Shown in pieces: positions 1-13,728 of a stretch of DNA of 64,000 nt (its first letter is position 1; every line of letters starts with the position of its first letter). Source of the stretch: Azolla caroliniana. Taxonomy: Eukaryota > Plantae > Polypodiophyta. The notes under the pieces are model-generated. The model did not search any database. It saw only the letters and a program-made list of their open reading frames with translations, and was not told the DNA's origin. The stretch is taken from contig JBHGNT010000001.1 in assembly GCA_043228905.1 (NCBI GenBank), positions 5,642,001 to 5,706,000 on the forward strand, read 5' to 3'. Made by a program: the position numbers and the translations under genes.

Positions 1-285
1 TATAAGACAACCAGAAGTACTGACCTCAGATGAGTATAATTGAGTGTATACATCCGCAATAGCAGACTCAAAGTACAATTTGTACAGGTCTCAAGAATGG
101 ACAGTCTAAAAGAAGTTTGACCTCTCCATCATTAAGCATACCTCCTGAGACAACGAACTAAGTTCTCTTTGACAGCAAAATACTGAGCCAACCAAAGAGG
201 GAAACAAGACGAGTAGATAAGAAGTCAATTTTGAAGGCAAATCATGTTGTAACAAGAAAGAAGAAATTAAACCTCGCTGTCTATT

Positions 286-3200
286 TCATGGTCTCCATTT
301 TGCAGTTGAACCCCTGCGTCTAGCCAGAAGCTGAATTTTTGCTTGATTTGCTACAATCGAAAACTTAAATTAATCACGTTGAATTACTGAAATCTGTTTT
401 CATAACAACACAGAAAAGAGCTTGGCCACTTACTTGTTACACTAAGCATGAAACCTCCACCTATACCTGCTTTACTGCCTGAATACGAAGCGTTTGGCAT
501 TTCACTGCTTCCTGCTACTGTTGTAGGTTTCCTTGTGGTTAATACAGATTCTGACTGTTGTGTAGCAGAGTTTTGCACGCACCCATACCCCACCCTAGTT
601 CTTGAATCATGCCTCCATCCATGATGTGATGCACCTTGCTCTGAACCAGCACCACCACATGCAGATATTCAACAATAGCTTTCTTGATTGCGCAATACCA
701 CAGAAAAAATGAAGCAATTTTACCTGTATCATGTGTTGAGACACGTCGTTCCAACCTATCTCTATTAAGATCATTATATGGACGATGGTACTCTTCTTGT
801 GCATGTTTTAAAGGCAATAGCCTTTTACCTCTCTGTGTTGAATGTGATAGATATTGGTGTGGCGACTTTGGACCCTCATAACGAACTTCCCTTGGAGATG
901 GAGGATGTGAATGCAACCGTGAATAGGGTTGTTGATGGTACATAGCTCCATGGTGAACTTTCTGGCTTTGACAACCATTATGAGAAGCTTCAAAGCCAGA
1001 ACTAGGATTATGTGACTGAGAAACATGTTTCCGTGTGTGTATTGGAGAGCCATATGAAGAACTATTATCTGAAGGTGGCGTGTTGTGCACACAATTCAGT
1101 TGTTCATGATGAACTTCATGCATGTGCCTTTCACTTCTGGTTAGTTTACGATCCTGATAATTTCCCATTAGAGACATTGCACTTTGCTGTTCTCTGTATG
1201 CAGCCTTATTACCTAAACCAGGTGCTTCCATCTTAAATGGGTGCTCAGGAGGGTCTAAACTTCGAAACAAGGATCCTGATGAATATCCTCTTGTAGAAGG
1301 TGGTGGCGGTGGTGGTGGTAGTGGTAATAACGGTGGTGGTGGTGGCGGCGGCGGTGGTGGAGGTGGAGGTGGAGGTGGAGACAAAGGTGGTGGAGGTGGT
1401 GGAGATGATGGTAGTGGTGGTGGTGATGATTCAGGCAATGGCGGTGGATAGTCAGGGGGGAGTGGTGGAGGTAGAGATTCGGCAGGCATGGATTCACGTT
1501 CAAGGGTAGAATAATTTCTTATACTTGGCTCAGGACAGGCATCTTCCATCTCTAATTCACCTTCCACATCTTCCAGAATATGTCTATGCTTCGTGGGTGG
1601 AATTGGAATAGAATCAATGGGTTTTAATGCGTTCTCATGGGGAGAGCCAATCTCATCTTCAAACATGGAGGAATTAAGAAGCCCATTGAGATCGAAAGTG
1701 GCATTGCTGTTCCAGTACAAAAAACTGGAATTAGAACAAATATGAAAGATCCAGTCATTATTCAACTTTGAAGCCTTCCAAAATAAGTGCTTGCCTACCT
1801 TCCATACTCATCAACACACATTCCTTCCATCTCCCTGATTGGATCATCTACAGCACGTTCAAATCGTGCAGGCCGCCTAAGTGACACACCACCTGCTCTA
1901 TCATCGGTAGTCTGAGACTCAAGTTCGTTCACATACCCCCGTAAAACCTTCTCCTCCATGATTTGTCTGTCAATCCAAATTTTTAAAACCTGCATACATA
2001 CATAAACAATGTTAAAAATTCCTTACCTGCACCTACACGTTATAACCAATGAAACCTTCATGAAAACAAAGTACTCATATTCAAGTCCATTGGATGCCTT
2101 GAACCTGGATTTATATGGAACCAGAAGTTGATAGGCAAAACTAATACAATCCACATCAGGAAGGGTCATACCAACATGAATGTAAATCGGTATTCGGAAA
2201 GGAGAACAGGATAGGTATCCGAATCAAAGCCGGATCAGATTGTAACAGGTAGTCCATTGGAGGCCTACAAATCTTAGCCTAGTACGTAGCCATATTCCTT
2301 GGAGTCAGTGTCAGTCGCTCGTATGAGCATTGAAGTACATGTCAATACTTATGTCAGTCCATATAAGGACTTGTATAAAAGTGCTCGCTAAGCACATTGT
2401 ATGCACAAAGTGTTATTATTTTTTAATTGAGTTTACTATTCTGCTCTCTCTGTCTCTCCCGTGTAAGACTTCCATTAAACTTGTGTCGGATCATGTTGTT
2501 ATCCGGTGTAACCGGTTTTGTCAAAGCTTCCGCAATCATAATCTTTTACATGGTATTAGAGCGCGGGGGTTGAGAACCTCTTCAGCCAACGAGTGATTTC
2601 CGAAGACAAACCCTAACACCCCGGTAGAGAACAAAAAACAAAGTTTAGAATGGATAGAGGAATGGCTAGCTCGTTCCGGATGGAAAAGCTCGACAGATCT
2701 AACTATGCATCTTGGTTGTACAAGATGCAGTAGTACCTGCTAGGGCACGGTTACTAGAATTATGTCGACGGAGCTAACGAAAAGAGACCTGATGCGACAC
2801 ACAGGGACTTCCCGACTTGAGAACAAGCGGCAAGTAGGGTAATGTACTGCTTCACATCTAGTGTCGACAATCAACAGTTGAGCCATATCCAAAACGCCAA
2901 GGCGTCAAAGGAAGCTTGGGGAAACCTGAAGAAGGACTTCACCGCAAGCACTACGGCCCGAAAGTTGCAACTCCAACAAGAGTTGAGCTTCTTGAACTGG
3001 GTCTTCCTTGCCTACTAAATTTCATTAATGGTCATCATCTCAAAACCCTTCGGTTTTGATCCAGAGGAAAACTCCAATGATCTAGAGCTTTGACTCAATA
3101 AAGGTTTGTTTGGTTCTATGTGAGAATGTGCAGAGACTTCCTGGCTATGATGGCCACGTACAGTTGAGAGGTGAGATTATCTGTGACAATGGCTGTCATG

Positions 3201-6200
3201 CAACAAACTCATCATTCACTCCTGTAGGCCCAGAGGTAGGTCTTACTATAGGGTTGAATTAGATGTTAAGTAGAACGAGATTGAAAAAATAATAGCAAGC
3301 AAAGAACTTGGTGAGTGGTAGTTGAGAGAGGAGCACGTGCACCAAACCCTAAATGGCAGGTGCTGCAAACCCTAGAAATGGACTGGTAGTTTGAGGGTGA
3401 GGAACAGACACTGAAAAGCAGCCTGAGATACAATGCAATGAGCTTCTTTGATTCAACTCAAGAAACTTCACCATTAACTGGGTCTATGAAAATGGTGAGA
3501 TCATATGCAGTTTATGAAGGTTTGAACAGATGTCAATTCAAGAGACCGATAACTGAATCAGCAATACACTTTTTGGAACTTCAATGCATGTAGTTACGCT
3601 ATTTTCTGTCTTCACATTATGAATTTATATAAATAGGAACAAAGTTTTTGAGTGAACTGTTATGCTATTCTTATCAAACATTTTTATAGTATAGTAGTTT
3701 TCAGTTGGGTGAAATGAGACGCCTCAATAACCACGCATGCTAATAAATCACACTTTATATCGTTGAAAAAATCACCAGAAAAAACTCAAGGCTAGTGGTA
3801 ATATAAAGAACAGCCCAAAACCACTCGCAGGACACCATAAATGTACCTTCAAACACTGGAACCGATTCTCTTGGGCCATGATTCCAGGAGGTGCAGCTGC
3901 ATGCAGTATTCGGGATAAATAAGCCTTCACTGCAGATCGATATACTGCTCCTGAAAAACCTGTGCATATTACAATTATCATTACCTCATGATAGCACCAA
4001 AAATGGTAAATATAGATATAAGGAACTTACCCTGCACATTCCTAGAAATCTGCGTGATGGAATCCACGAGATAAAACAAATTTAACCGATGACCAAGGCT
4101 TGGCTCATTTTCCAATCTCTGAACAATGATGCCTACAATCTGTTTCAGATTGAAAATAATATAAAGTCAATCATATAACAATAATAAAAAACATGAATCA
4201 TAAGGATCTTGAAAAGTAGGTACCAACACAATGATGATGGTCAAGAAATTTTAAAAAAAACTATAGTTAATCACCTCTGCATATACCTACCATTGAGATC
4301 TTGAAAATCAAAGGAATAATAGTTTGTACTTAGGATATAGTGTGTTTTTACATAGCATAGAAGCAGACAAATACAGAAACACCAGAAACCTTTCCAAACT
4401 TCATAAAATCCAGAAATCCTACCAAACCTTAATATAGTTCCCAAAAAGTTTCAGGCTTCATGGGAACTAGAGAATGATATAAAACCTCCAAGAAATAGTT
4501 CTCTAGAAGCAGTTATGATAGGAAAGAGAGAACAAGCAAACAAAATAACATATTTAGCTATAAGTGAAAACTGCCACATTACCTGATCAGTAATACCAAA
4601 TTTTGCACAGTCAAGAGCATGGCGTGTAGCTCGAGCAATACTGTCCTTTGCGCGTGACAAAGTCTCTAGCATTCCTTCAAAAGTATCTCTAGCAACCAAT
4701 GCTTCTGTATCTTCTTCAGAAAGGTTTGTATCCCTTGAATTTTGTCGAAGTTCAGCAGCATTTGCATTCTGCTCAGACTCCATTGTACGCTCTTCCCCTT
4801 GAACAACTAGTTCCAAAATGTTACCTGAAACACCATGAGGAGTGTGTGATAACTGCCCAGAATTTTCAGCCCACCAAGGAGTAGGTGCATTAGCAACGGG
4901 GGTTGTATCTGGGGACGGACTAGATATAGGTCGTGTTGACACTTTATTTATCTCGGGCACCTTTGACAATGCTGCTAGCCTCCTCTGTTTTTCTTTTGCC
5001 GCTTCCACCCTGCAGAGAGTACATAATATAGCACATTATATTAATAGCAATGCCGACAATGTCTCCAACTACCCAAGAAATCACTTACGCTGCCCTGACG
5101 TTGTTAGTACTGGATTCTGCTTGTACTTTGGAAGCACCAAAGCTCTCAACCTCAACTCTCACACCTAATTTGTTGTTATTCATTAGATCTTTCATTGTTG
5201 GTTTTGCATCAGATTGCATCCTTGATTTGTATGCAGAATTTGACAACTTAACAACTGTTGATTCAATGGTTTTTCCAACTTTTCCAGTTTCAGATTTCTT
5301 CATAAATACTGCAGCATCACTATAATCTGCCACAGTCAGTCCACTTCCACCCGCAGTAGTTTTCATACTCTGAGTCCCCAAATCCGAGCCATACAATTTC
5401 TTCAAAGATTTTGGCGTGATGATGTCATCTGATGATCTTGCCTTTTCACCCTTTATGCTGCTGACTTTCCCAACTAGATGGCTTGCCTTAAGATGAGATG
5501 CATTGTTATCATGCTGCTCTAGTTGGCTGGCACTAAAAGGCTCACCCAGAGTTCCAGCCTCAGCTGTACATGCACTCATTGCCTCGAGTGTCCCCTGCCT
5601 GCGCTTCGATGGTGGAAGGACAACTTCCCCCTCAGAGCTCCTACTTTTTCTCCCATTTTTCTCAGTGTTTGGAGGCAAACTAATGTCTTTCTGGACTGAC
5701 TTATCATCAGCAAGTTCCTTATTTTCTATCTTTTTTTGCTCAATATTCATAAAGATGTCAATTTCTGAAGGCATTTGAATAGAATTCTGTACATTCTTCT
5801 TTTTTCTTGATGACAAATCAATTGGACTCCATGAATTTGCAGCATCCTGCTGATCAGTGGTCAGGTCCTGGCCCTTCCACTCTGCCTCCCCCATATCATT
5901 ATCCTTCCCCTTGGAATTATGTCCAATCACCTTTAAGCAAAAGTTGAAACGAGAAGGTAAAGGTGCAATGCAACCACAAAAATCTTAAAGGAAATTGAGA
6001 CAAATATGTCATGATAGCCACATACCTCATCAGAACTCAACTGTGTTTGATTGTACAAGGGAGTCTGAGCTCTGCTTCTCCTTTGGACCTTGACAGTCGC
6101 CGATTTAACACGTGTCTCTAACTGGAATCTTGATGTGCTTTGCTCCTTGCCTTGTTTCATGTTCTTGAGTTTCGTAAATGTTTTGTGATTCTTTGGAGGT

Positions 6201-7292
6201 TGTGATTTTTCAGTTACTTGTTTATGACTATGAAATTTCTCATGTTGTTCATGTAGAGCAGGTTCCTGATATAGTTCCAACATTGGACCCAACCTTGAAT
6301 CAGTTACCTCCAAACTTCTAGCATGTGAAACAATTTTTCTCCGTTTTTTGTCATTTTCGTCAATGCTACTATTGATTTGCACATGATCATCACTCTTGCA
6401 TTCTTTTGGTTCCTCTTTCAAAAGGTCAGCAACTTCATATTTTTGCACCTTCTTATAATCATCAGTGACTGAAAATTCATTAGTTGTATTACCTAACCTT
6501 TGATCAACCGTTTCTTGATTTTCAATATTATCATGATAGGAACCTTTCTCTGCTTCACAGATTTCATTCACAGCCCGACTAAAAACCGATATTGTGCTTT
6601 TGGCTGATGTTTTTGCAACCAGATTTTGCTTAACTTCTGCAGTAAAAGCTTTCACATCTACTGGTTGAATAGAACCTCTAGAAAAGTTTAAAAACATGAA
6701 TCTCATTAAACAACAGTGCTGCATTTAATAACATATCAAGCAATGAGGCTGTCTCTAAAGTAGTATTTTCCATATACCATTCATGTGCAACTATCACTGA
6801 ATTACAAGATTGAGTTTCACGAATCTAGAATATGCAAGCACTACACATTCGCATGTGTGCAGTACATTTCATACACATGTAAGCATGTGCACAATATCTG
6901 AAGAAAAGAAAATGGTATCCCATCCACAAGGAACCTGAAAAACTTACATCTCCTTTGTTCCAAAAAAATAAACAAATACTTTGCGCTGGTCCTTTGGATA
7001 GCCGAACTCTTCAGGTTCACTTACCTAAAAAACAAAGAGTTTTCATAAAATCTATTAGAACAGACAAACATCATCCAGGGTTAAGGGGTTCAAATTCACA
7101 AATCGATTAGTTAGTTCTTGGCTAGAATGCCAATTTTTGGGAGTTATTGGTTACCCTAGCAGGCCACCAGGGATGGCCTTTCACTTTCGCCAGCACAAGA
7201 TCACCAATGTTCCAAACATGCACGACACCAGTTGCGGCGGCGGCTGCTGCTGCTGCTTTAGCCCCGCCGCCTCTCTTCCGAAAAGGGGGCAT
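286..7292 (-). CDS. HUA2: HUA2/HULK-like protein (PWWP domain, CID/RPR domain, proline-rich C-terminus), multi-exon
   Basis: The first exon has the PWWP motif IGDLVLAKVKGHPWWPAR, then VFVYFFGT. The CID region has ARDTFEGMLETLSRAKDSIARATRHALDCAKFG and RLNLFYLVDSITQ. Family motifs RRPARFERAVDDPIREMEGMCVDEYGSNATF and RHILEDVEGELEMED are present, followed by a poly-Pro tract. The last exon ends ...KWRP* (stop 286-288). GT-AG introns join the ORF pieces. ATG at 7292. Confidence 0.92.
2181..2990 (+). mobile_element. Truncated Ty1/Copia element (5' LTR, PBS, degenerate gag N-terminus) inside a HUA2-like intron, antisense to the host gene
   Basis: LTR 2181-2550 is bounded by TGTAAA...TTTACA and followed directly by PBS TGGTATTAGAGC (tRNA-iMet type). 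The gag reads MASSFRMEKLDRSNYASWLYKMQ*YLLGHGY*...ASRVMYCF...KEAWGNLKK...ARKLQLQQEL, with in-frame stops. Confidence 0.85.
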
Positions 7293-7569
7293 GATCAACA
7301 ACAAATCCTCCTCAGCTAAGAGGGTTAATCCTTAACCCTAAACCTAACAGAAACGAGAAAGAATAAATTCGAGATTTTTAATTTCGTGTCTTCCTTATCA
7401 AGGATCCCCCCCCCCTATTCATTTGCTGTGAGAGAGAAGACGAAGAAGCGGGAAGAAACCACCAAAGTTGTAGTCTATCATAGGGTCGTCGTTCTTAATC
7501 TTCTGCTACTTGGCCTCGATCCGGCGCACGCACCACGACAGAATTATATACATACATATGTATATAATA

Positions 7570-7642
7570 CACACATACATGTATGATATATGATTTTATA
7601 TATACATATGTGTGTATATGCATATGTATACAGTATACATAT

Positions 7643-7701
<59 letters not shown>

Positions 7702-7755
7702 TACACATATGCATATATATATATATGGATACACACATATATAATACACACATAG
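7570..7755. repeat. (TATT)n and TA-rich microsatellite block upstream of the HUA2-like gene
   Basis: About 15 tandem TATT units at ~7641-7701, flanked by TA/CA-rich simple repeats. Confidence 0.9.
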
Positions 7756-9630
7756 ACAATGTCCGAGGAACCAAATTTGGGAGAGAATGAGATAAAAGCT
7801 ATTTAATCGAGATTTTTTTGTTCATTGAGGGGGTACGTTGGTCCTTACGTGTGGGGCAATTGGGCTCCCTAATTTTGACACCCTCAATCAAAGATCCAAC
7901 TAGAATTGGTATATGACTTATTTGGAGTTGACAAAGATGGATCCAAAATCTAGGAGTGTGCATGACAAAACCATGTGGTGGATCAATTTGTTCACTTCAC
8001 ACTCATGGTATGTATCCTCTAAGAAGATAATGAGTCAAACTAGGTGGAGGATTTAATAAAGGGTCTAGGAGTTATTCATTGAGCTACCATTGAGGTTTGA
8101 GCGACTGGAATTGGAACAAATGGTGTTGCAATTGCAATATAACTTTGTGATGGTTGAAACAACCATCAAACAACTCCACTTGAAAAGAGTTAGGTCACAA
8201 TAGAGCACACAAAGGAATGCCATTGACAACAAAGACCTCAAATACCAAGATACAAGGCATATGGACCAAACCATCACCAAATCATGGAGACCATTGCTTG
8301 CAATGTTTAGTTCACACAAGGACACCCATATGCACTTGATCAACTTTGTCATAGATTCTCTCCATCACATCACCAAACCTTGGATCCAACAATTCCTCAC
8401 TACTGGTCAACCCTAGACAAACCTACAACTTTACTTTTATTTCATATTGGATAGTATGCATTCAACCATATTTGTAACCAAGATTTGTCTCATTGGTCAA
8501 TTTTGCACTTTAGAAGATCTTGAGTATATCTTTCTTTCTCTTTACATGTATTGCATGTGCAAAAACTAGCAGCACATAATGAAAAACCCACATCCCTAGA
8601 ATAACAAAGATCTTATCAACAAGGCAAACCCACAAAGGTACGTGTACTATGACTTACATGAAGGCAACTAAGGCCATGGTGTGTGCAAAGCTCATTTGTG
8701 AGAACTACCAAATCAAATTTCCCTTAAGCTAACATACATATTATGTTGCTCCATAGAGGTAATCAAACAAGAATCAATTTTCTATACTCTGATTGTACCA
8801 TAGACCTCAATACCAACATGGTACAATTGGAGTGAGAAATAGACACACAGAGACACGGAGACGCGGAGAGGGGGGGGTGTATAGGTTGATCATCAAATAG
8901 TTATAGTGGAGAGTGGGTGAGAAAACCCACATGAAGTGTAAATGTCTTATTCATTAGGTTAAAAGCACTCCCAAACTGTTGTGTGATCAGACTACAGCAA
9001 AGTTATAATGTTGATTGATGCATTCTAGATTGGAGAAATGTTATGTAATGGTGTGCATGAGATCTCAAGTTACGAACAGTGATGCATGTGAACCCATGAT
9101 ATGATATGTATTCAGAGGTACACTAGACGACCTTAATTCTACTGTGTGTGTCAGTGAAGCGCATTGGTTTATGGTCCTAGCGCATGTTACATTCACAGCT
9201 TTCTCATTGCCATCCTTGTATTAAGTTTGTTTTAGTATCAGTCAAATATACATGGACCAGAAACCACCTTAACTCTAAACATATAAAATGCATGCATTAC
9301 ATGCAACACTCTAGACATATAATCTTGCTTACCTCCTCAAGGCTCATAAGCTCTGAGCTCCTCCACTACTGTAATTGGCAAATTACCACTACTAAACATA
9401 GAATTAACAAACTAGAATACCATATATAGTCAACTTCATAGACCAGCATCTAGTTATCATTTCCAGTGCATCGATCAACATCACAATTCTTGAATTACGA
9501 GTAGCAAAGTTGCAGAAATAAAGAGATTCGCCTTTACAAAATGGAACAAACAGCTTGCCATTGCTGATACTTCACTAGGCATTCTCACATATTCACTATA
9601 TCTGGTTGTATGGATTATTGCCCCACGCAA

Positions 9631-10865
9631 TTATGCGGGCAGAATGAGACGGACACCAAACACGGCAGTTGTCACAAGGAGACCGAGCAAACCGAACATG
9701 TTCCACGCACCTTTCATCCTGTTTTTGGGATCTCCCGAATAGTAACTGTGTGACACACAAGTACACACAAAAAATGCATAAGAACGTACGCAGCACCCAA
9801 ACAAACATGAGCACGACAAACCAAAATCTGAAGTCAGAAAGACAATCAGACATCCGCAAGGAAGACAATTTACCCCAAGGAGTAGAACACCCTTCCCACG
9901 ACCCACACCATGCCAAATCTGCACATACATACCATATACAATGACAAATTTAATAACATGTCCACACCCACTACAATATAAAAGGCGTACTACTACTACT
10001 ACTGCCAATGAATGAACAGACCACACAATTTGTGTAAGAAGGCCACCACTGACTCATTGACCACTACTCACACTGAAGAGGTTATGGGGTATCCTAAGCC
10101 ACCCACAATAAGTAAGCCCAGGAATGCAGGATAAGCTTCCAGAGTGTTCTGATGCGCTCTTTGATAGCAGTTGAAGACTGAATCTTCTTTATCTTCATAC
10201 ATCTACAGTGTCATAAAATCAGTTAGCGCTTGTAACCGAACATTCTATTGAATGAGACAGTACACCATCACATGGGGTACAAACGGGAGGAAGTGACCCA
10301 GAGAGACAGAGACAGAGAAAGGAAGGAAGACCTTGGGATACTTGATTTCATATTTCCTCCTCTGTATCCCTACCTGTTACAAAGATGCAAAGTTGTGTCA
10401 ATCATTGCCCTAGAAAGATAGAAGGCAAACTGAAAAGCGCGTAGAAACTTCCAGTGGATAGGTGTTTCTTTAACAGGGAGAACATTTGAGCCAAAATTCC
10501 ATTGTTAACCCCTGGATTCACCGTGTATATTCTCCCATGTACAATGAATGAGCAGGGATATTTAGAGTGAGAACGAGCATTCTCGTTAAAAAAGCGGGCA
10601 GATGAAAGCATAGCATCTATGTGTTGTTGAATGGAGCTAGACAGTGTCTTGGTGGCATGTGATAAATATATAGTTTTAAGCGGTGTTTCCATCCATTGAT
10701 GGAGCTAGAATGAAAGGTGTAAGAAGACAGAAACGGACAGGGGGAGGGGGTGCGAAGAACCTGCACGGCTTGCCATTGGGTGAGGACGACGCTGGCAGCT
10801 GTGGTGAGGGCGACGGAACCGAAGTTTGGAGGCAGTAGGAGCGCGAATGAGTTCAATGAGGCCAT
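9631..10865 (-). CDS. MGST3: MAPEG-family microsomal glutathione S-transferase 3-like protein, 5 exons
   Basis: Spliced translation: [35 protein letters not shown]|[14 protein letters not shown]|[28 protein letters not shown]...GYPITSSV|[15 protein letters not shown]|[14 protein letters not shown]...LILPA*. [13 protein letters not shown] is the MAPEG/MGST3 signature. Introns are GT-AG. Confidence 0.92.
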
Positions 10866-12398
10866 CGCCGCCTTCTTTGCTTCTGTTTCTTCTCGTCCCT
10901 CCTCTGCACTGCACACAGCACACACGCGATACGCGATGATACTCAGGGGGGTCGGGTCTCTTGTTGATAGATAGATTTTTTTGTTTGGGGGCTAAATACA
11001 GCAGTAAAGCATGTACATACATATACATAATACAATATGTCATGCGGCCAAGCCATCGAAGCCGTGTTATGTAATTATTATTATTATTATGTGCGTCGTA
11101 GTCACCCCCCACCCACCCCTTCTCTGCCACACTCTGTATGTTGCATTTTATATTCATGCGTCGGAGGATTGAGCGGGCCAAGACACACATGTTGTCAACT
11201 CGAGACAAAGGCAACATAAAAGGGAGCATTGTATTAACGAACGCAGCGTGGAGAGAGCAACAACTCGTCCACTCCCAACTAAGCACGCAACTCATCACAG
11301 ACGACGAAGAAATCCAATGTAATCACCCAATTCTCCTAACCAACTATCTTTATCCTCAAAAGGGGGGTTGCCTTAAATGAGAAGTTGTTAACCCAACTAT
11401 TCACTCATCCTCTTCCCATCGATGCTCCTCGATTTTGCTCAAGGTTGTGAGGTGGGCTATCTATCTCTTATTTGTTTCCAACACAAACGTCACACTTCCA
11501 ATGCAATTATTTCGACCTAGGTTAGTTTTCCATGAGCTCATCTACTTGCATCTTTCACAATAGCATGGCACTTAGGTTCCCAATGCAGTGATATTGCTAC
11601 AACTTAGGGTATTGTTCATACTTATGTTTGTTTGATACTAATGAAGCTAACTCTAGCACATCGCCTTTTTTCTCCACAAATACAAAAGCATGATTGGGAA
11701 GTTGTAGATTTGCATAGTTTACTTATGATAGAATGCCTCACAACAAGCATTTGAAGATCACTCGATCACCAAACTATGTTCTTTGACTTATTAACATGCC
11801 AACTCAAATTTGCAATTGAAGAGTCACGTGCATCTTAAATGCATATATGTTGCAACTCGGCAAGGCCTTTAAACCTCATTATTGCTTCCTCCACTAGCCA
11901 CAATTACATCCTCTAGATTTTAGCCAAACATGACAAAGTAACCTCGACCCACCCCAAACCACGAGCATTAGAGCTATGGCTTTTGAATTGTAATATTCAA
12001 TCTTGTCTCCCTATCTACCAAATCATGACACTTTCCATCGAAAGTCTTCTTTGACTTTTGATATTCCATTAAAACCGTTTAGCAATGAACAAAGAATCCA
12101 TATTTGGCCTTCATAATTAGAATCCATCCAAAAGTCATCCTTTCCGAGTAACGTAGAAAACCCTTACATGCCAAAGCACTATCTTTGTGCACTATATAAG
12201 AGAACTTAGACCTCACTATAGCTGTTATCATCATTGTGAAGTAAAATGATTGGTTGGTTCACAAGAAACTAACCTAAAAGTAAGGTCGGTGATTCTAATA
12301 GGGTAGTACCAGAGTCGCAAATTCTAACAGGTGGCGCAGTGGGTAGGATAAAAACACAGGAAGGGTTGTATGTACAAGCAACAAACGAGGTTTCACAA

Positions 12399-12540
12399 CC
12401 ACTCATAGAGCTTAAGTCAGAAATGGACAATTGGAGGCACGAACGAGAATTCACCACCACTCGTAGAGCTTAAGTCGGAAACGGACGATTGGGGGCCCGA
12501 AGGTTTGCCGCCACTCGTAGAGCTTAAGTGTGAAAGGGAC
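12399..12540 (+). repeat. Three-copy tandem repeat (periods 58 and 54 bp), core CCACTCRTAGAGCTTAAGT
   Basis: Core copies start at 12399, 12457 and 12511. The intervening sequences are also similar to one another. Confidence 0.85.
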
Positions 12541-12657
12541 TATGGCACCACTACCGGTGGCCAACAAAAACCACTTGGAGGAGGTTTTTTTAACGGCGGT
12601 TAAATCTTAGACCAACAAAGACGCAGTGTTAGGTCAGTGAAGTGGGCACTCTGTAGA

Positions 12658-13728
12658 ATGTCATGCCAAAGCTCCATCGCTGGCCGCTCCTCTGATTCAG
12701 AAGATGACCAAGGAGATCCCATGGCCAGGATTAGTCTCCATATCCATGAAGACCATGAAGAAGAAGACGATGATGAAGCCTTTGGGAAGCAGCAGGATGA
12801 AACATCACCAGAGCACACAGCAACAGGAATTAGCCCTCCCATGGACACGACTTGTACGCTGGTGTCTTACCAAATAAGATCATCATCATCGTCGTCGTCG
12901 TCGCCACTAGGTAGAGTGGATGCATCAGGAGTAGCAGTAGCAGAAGTTCATGAGAATCCGAGTGTGATTGAGGTGCGTGTGCGGGAGGTGCCGTGTAGAG
13001 GCCTCTCTTTCCAGATCTGGCCTGCAGCTCATGCTCTCTGCTGGTACTTGGACGAGATGGCAGGCGTTGGAAGTAATCCGTGGTCAGGTATGAATAAGGG
13101 TCTCCCAGCCAGCCTAAGTAGAATTGGTGTGACACTACAAAGCAGGGGACCTAGCCCAGGGAAGCGCTTGAGGGTTTTGGAGCTCGGTGCTGGAACAGGA
13201 ATGGTGGGAATTGTATGTGCTGTTTTGGGGGCGCATTGCACGCTCACCGATCTGCCCCATGTCACTCATAACCTTCTGCACAATGCTGCTTTGAATGAAG
13301 AGTCTATCAAGAGGTCTGGCAGAGGTGGATCGATCTCTGTAAAGACGCTGCGATGGGGTGACATGGAGGACATGGCTCATGTCGGCCATGATTTCGATCT
13401 CATTGTTGCATCTGATGTTGTCTATTATGACCACCTATTTGACCCACTCTTTGCCACTCTCAAATGGCTCACGCAACTGCGGGAGCATTATGGTAATGGT
13501 AATGGGAGTGGTGTAGCAGATTGCATAACCAATGATGTGAATGGAGAAGAGGGCAGTGTCCCTGTGGTGCTTCTTGCACATCTGCGCCGATGGAAGAAGG
13601 ATTCCCACTTCTTCAAGAAGGTATCCAAGATCTTTGATGTCACTGTTGTCCACAAGCACCCCCTTGCTGCCAACATGAGAAGGGGGGTTACTGTATACTG
13701 TCTTTCCAGAAAGGTTTCTTCCTCCTAG
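12658..13728 (+). CDS. Intronless SAM-dependent protein-lysine methyltransferase, METTL21-like (Methyltransf_16)
   Basis: Motifs GLSFQIWPAA, VLELGAGTGMVG (motif I), LTDLP, LRWG and DLIVASDVVYY (DxxY). First in-frame ATG at 12658, stop ending 13728. Confidence 0.9.
   Translation: MSCQSSIAGRSSDSEDDQGDPMARISLHIHEDHEEEDDDEAFGKQQDETSPEHTATGISPPMDTTCTLVSYQIRSSSSSSSSPLGRVDASGVAVAEVHENPSVIEVRVREVPCRGLSFQIWPAAHALCWYLDEMAGVGSNPWSGMNKGLPASLSRIGVTLQSRGPSPGKRLRVLELGAGTGMVGIVCAVLGAHCTLTDLPHVTHNLLHNAALNEESIKRSGRGGSISVKTLRWGDMEDMAHVGHDFDLIVASDVVYYDHLFDPLFATLKWLTQLREHYGNGNGSGVADCITNDVNGEEGSVPVVLLAHLRRWKKDSHFFKKVSKIFDVTVVHKHPLAANMRRGVTVYCLSRKVSSS

Noticed and set aside
1255-1509. His-rich and Val-rich short ORFs
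   Set aside because: Alternative frames of the poly-proline (CCA/CCT) tract in the HUA2-like exon.
7330-7350. AACCCTAA as an interstitial telomere
   Set aside because: Only one or two units, consistent with a common telo-box in a 5' leader.
12399-12540. CRISPR-like repeat-spacer pattern
   Set aside because: Only three copies, the 'spacers' are homologous to each other, there are no cas genes, and the context is eukaryotic. It is an ordinary tandem repeat.
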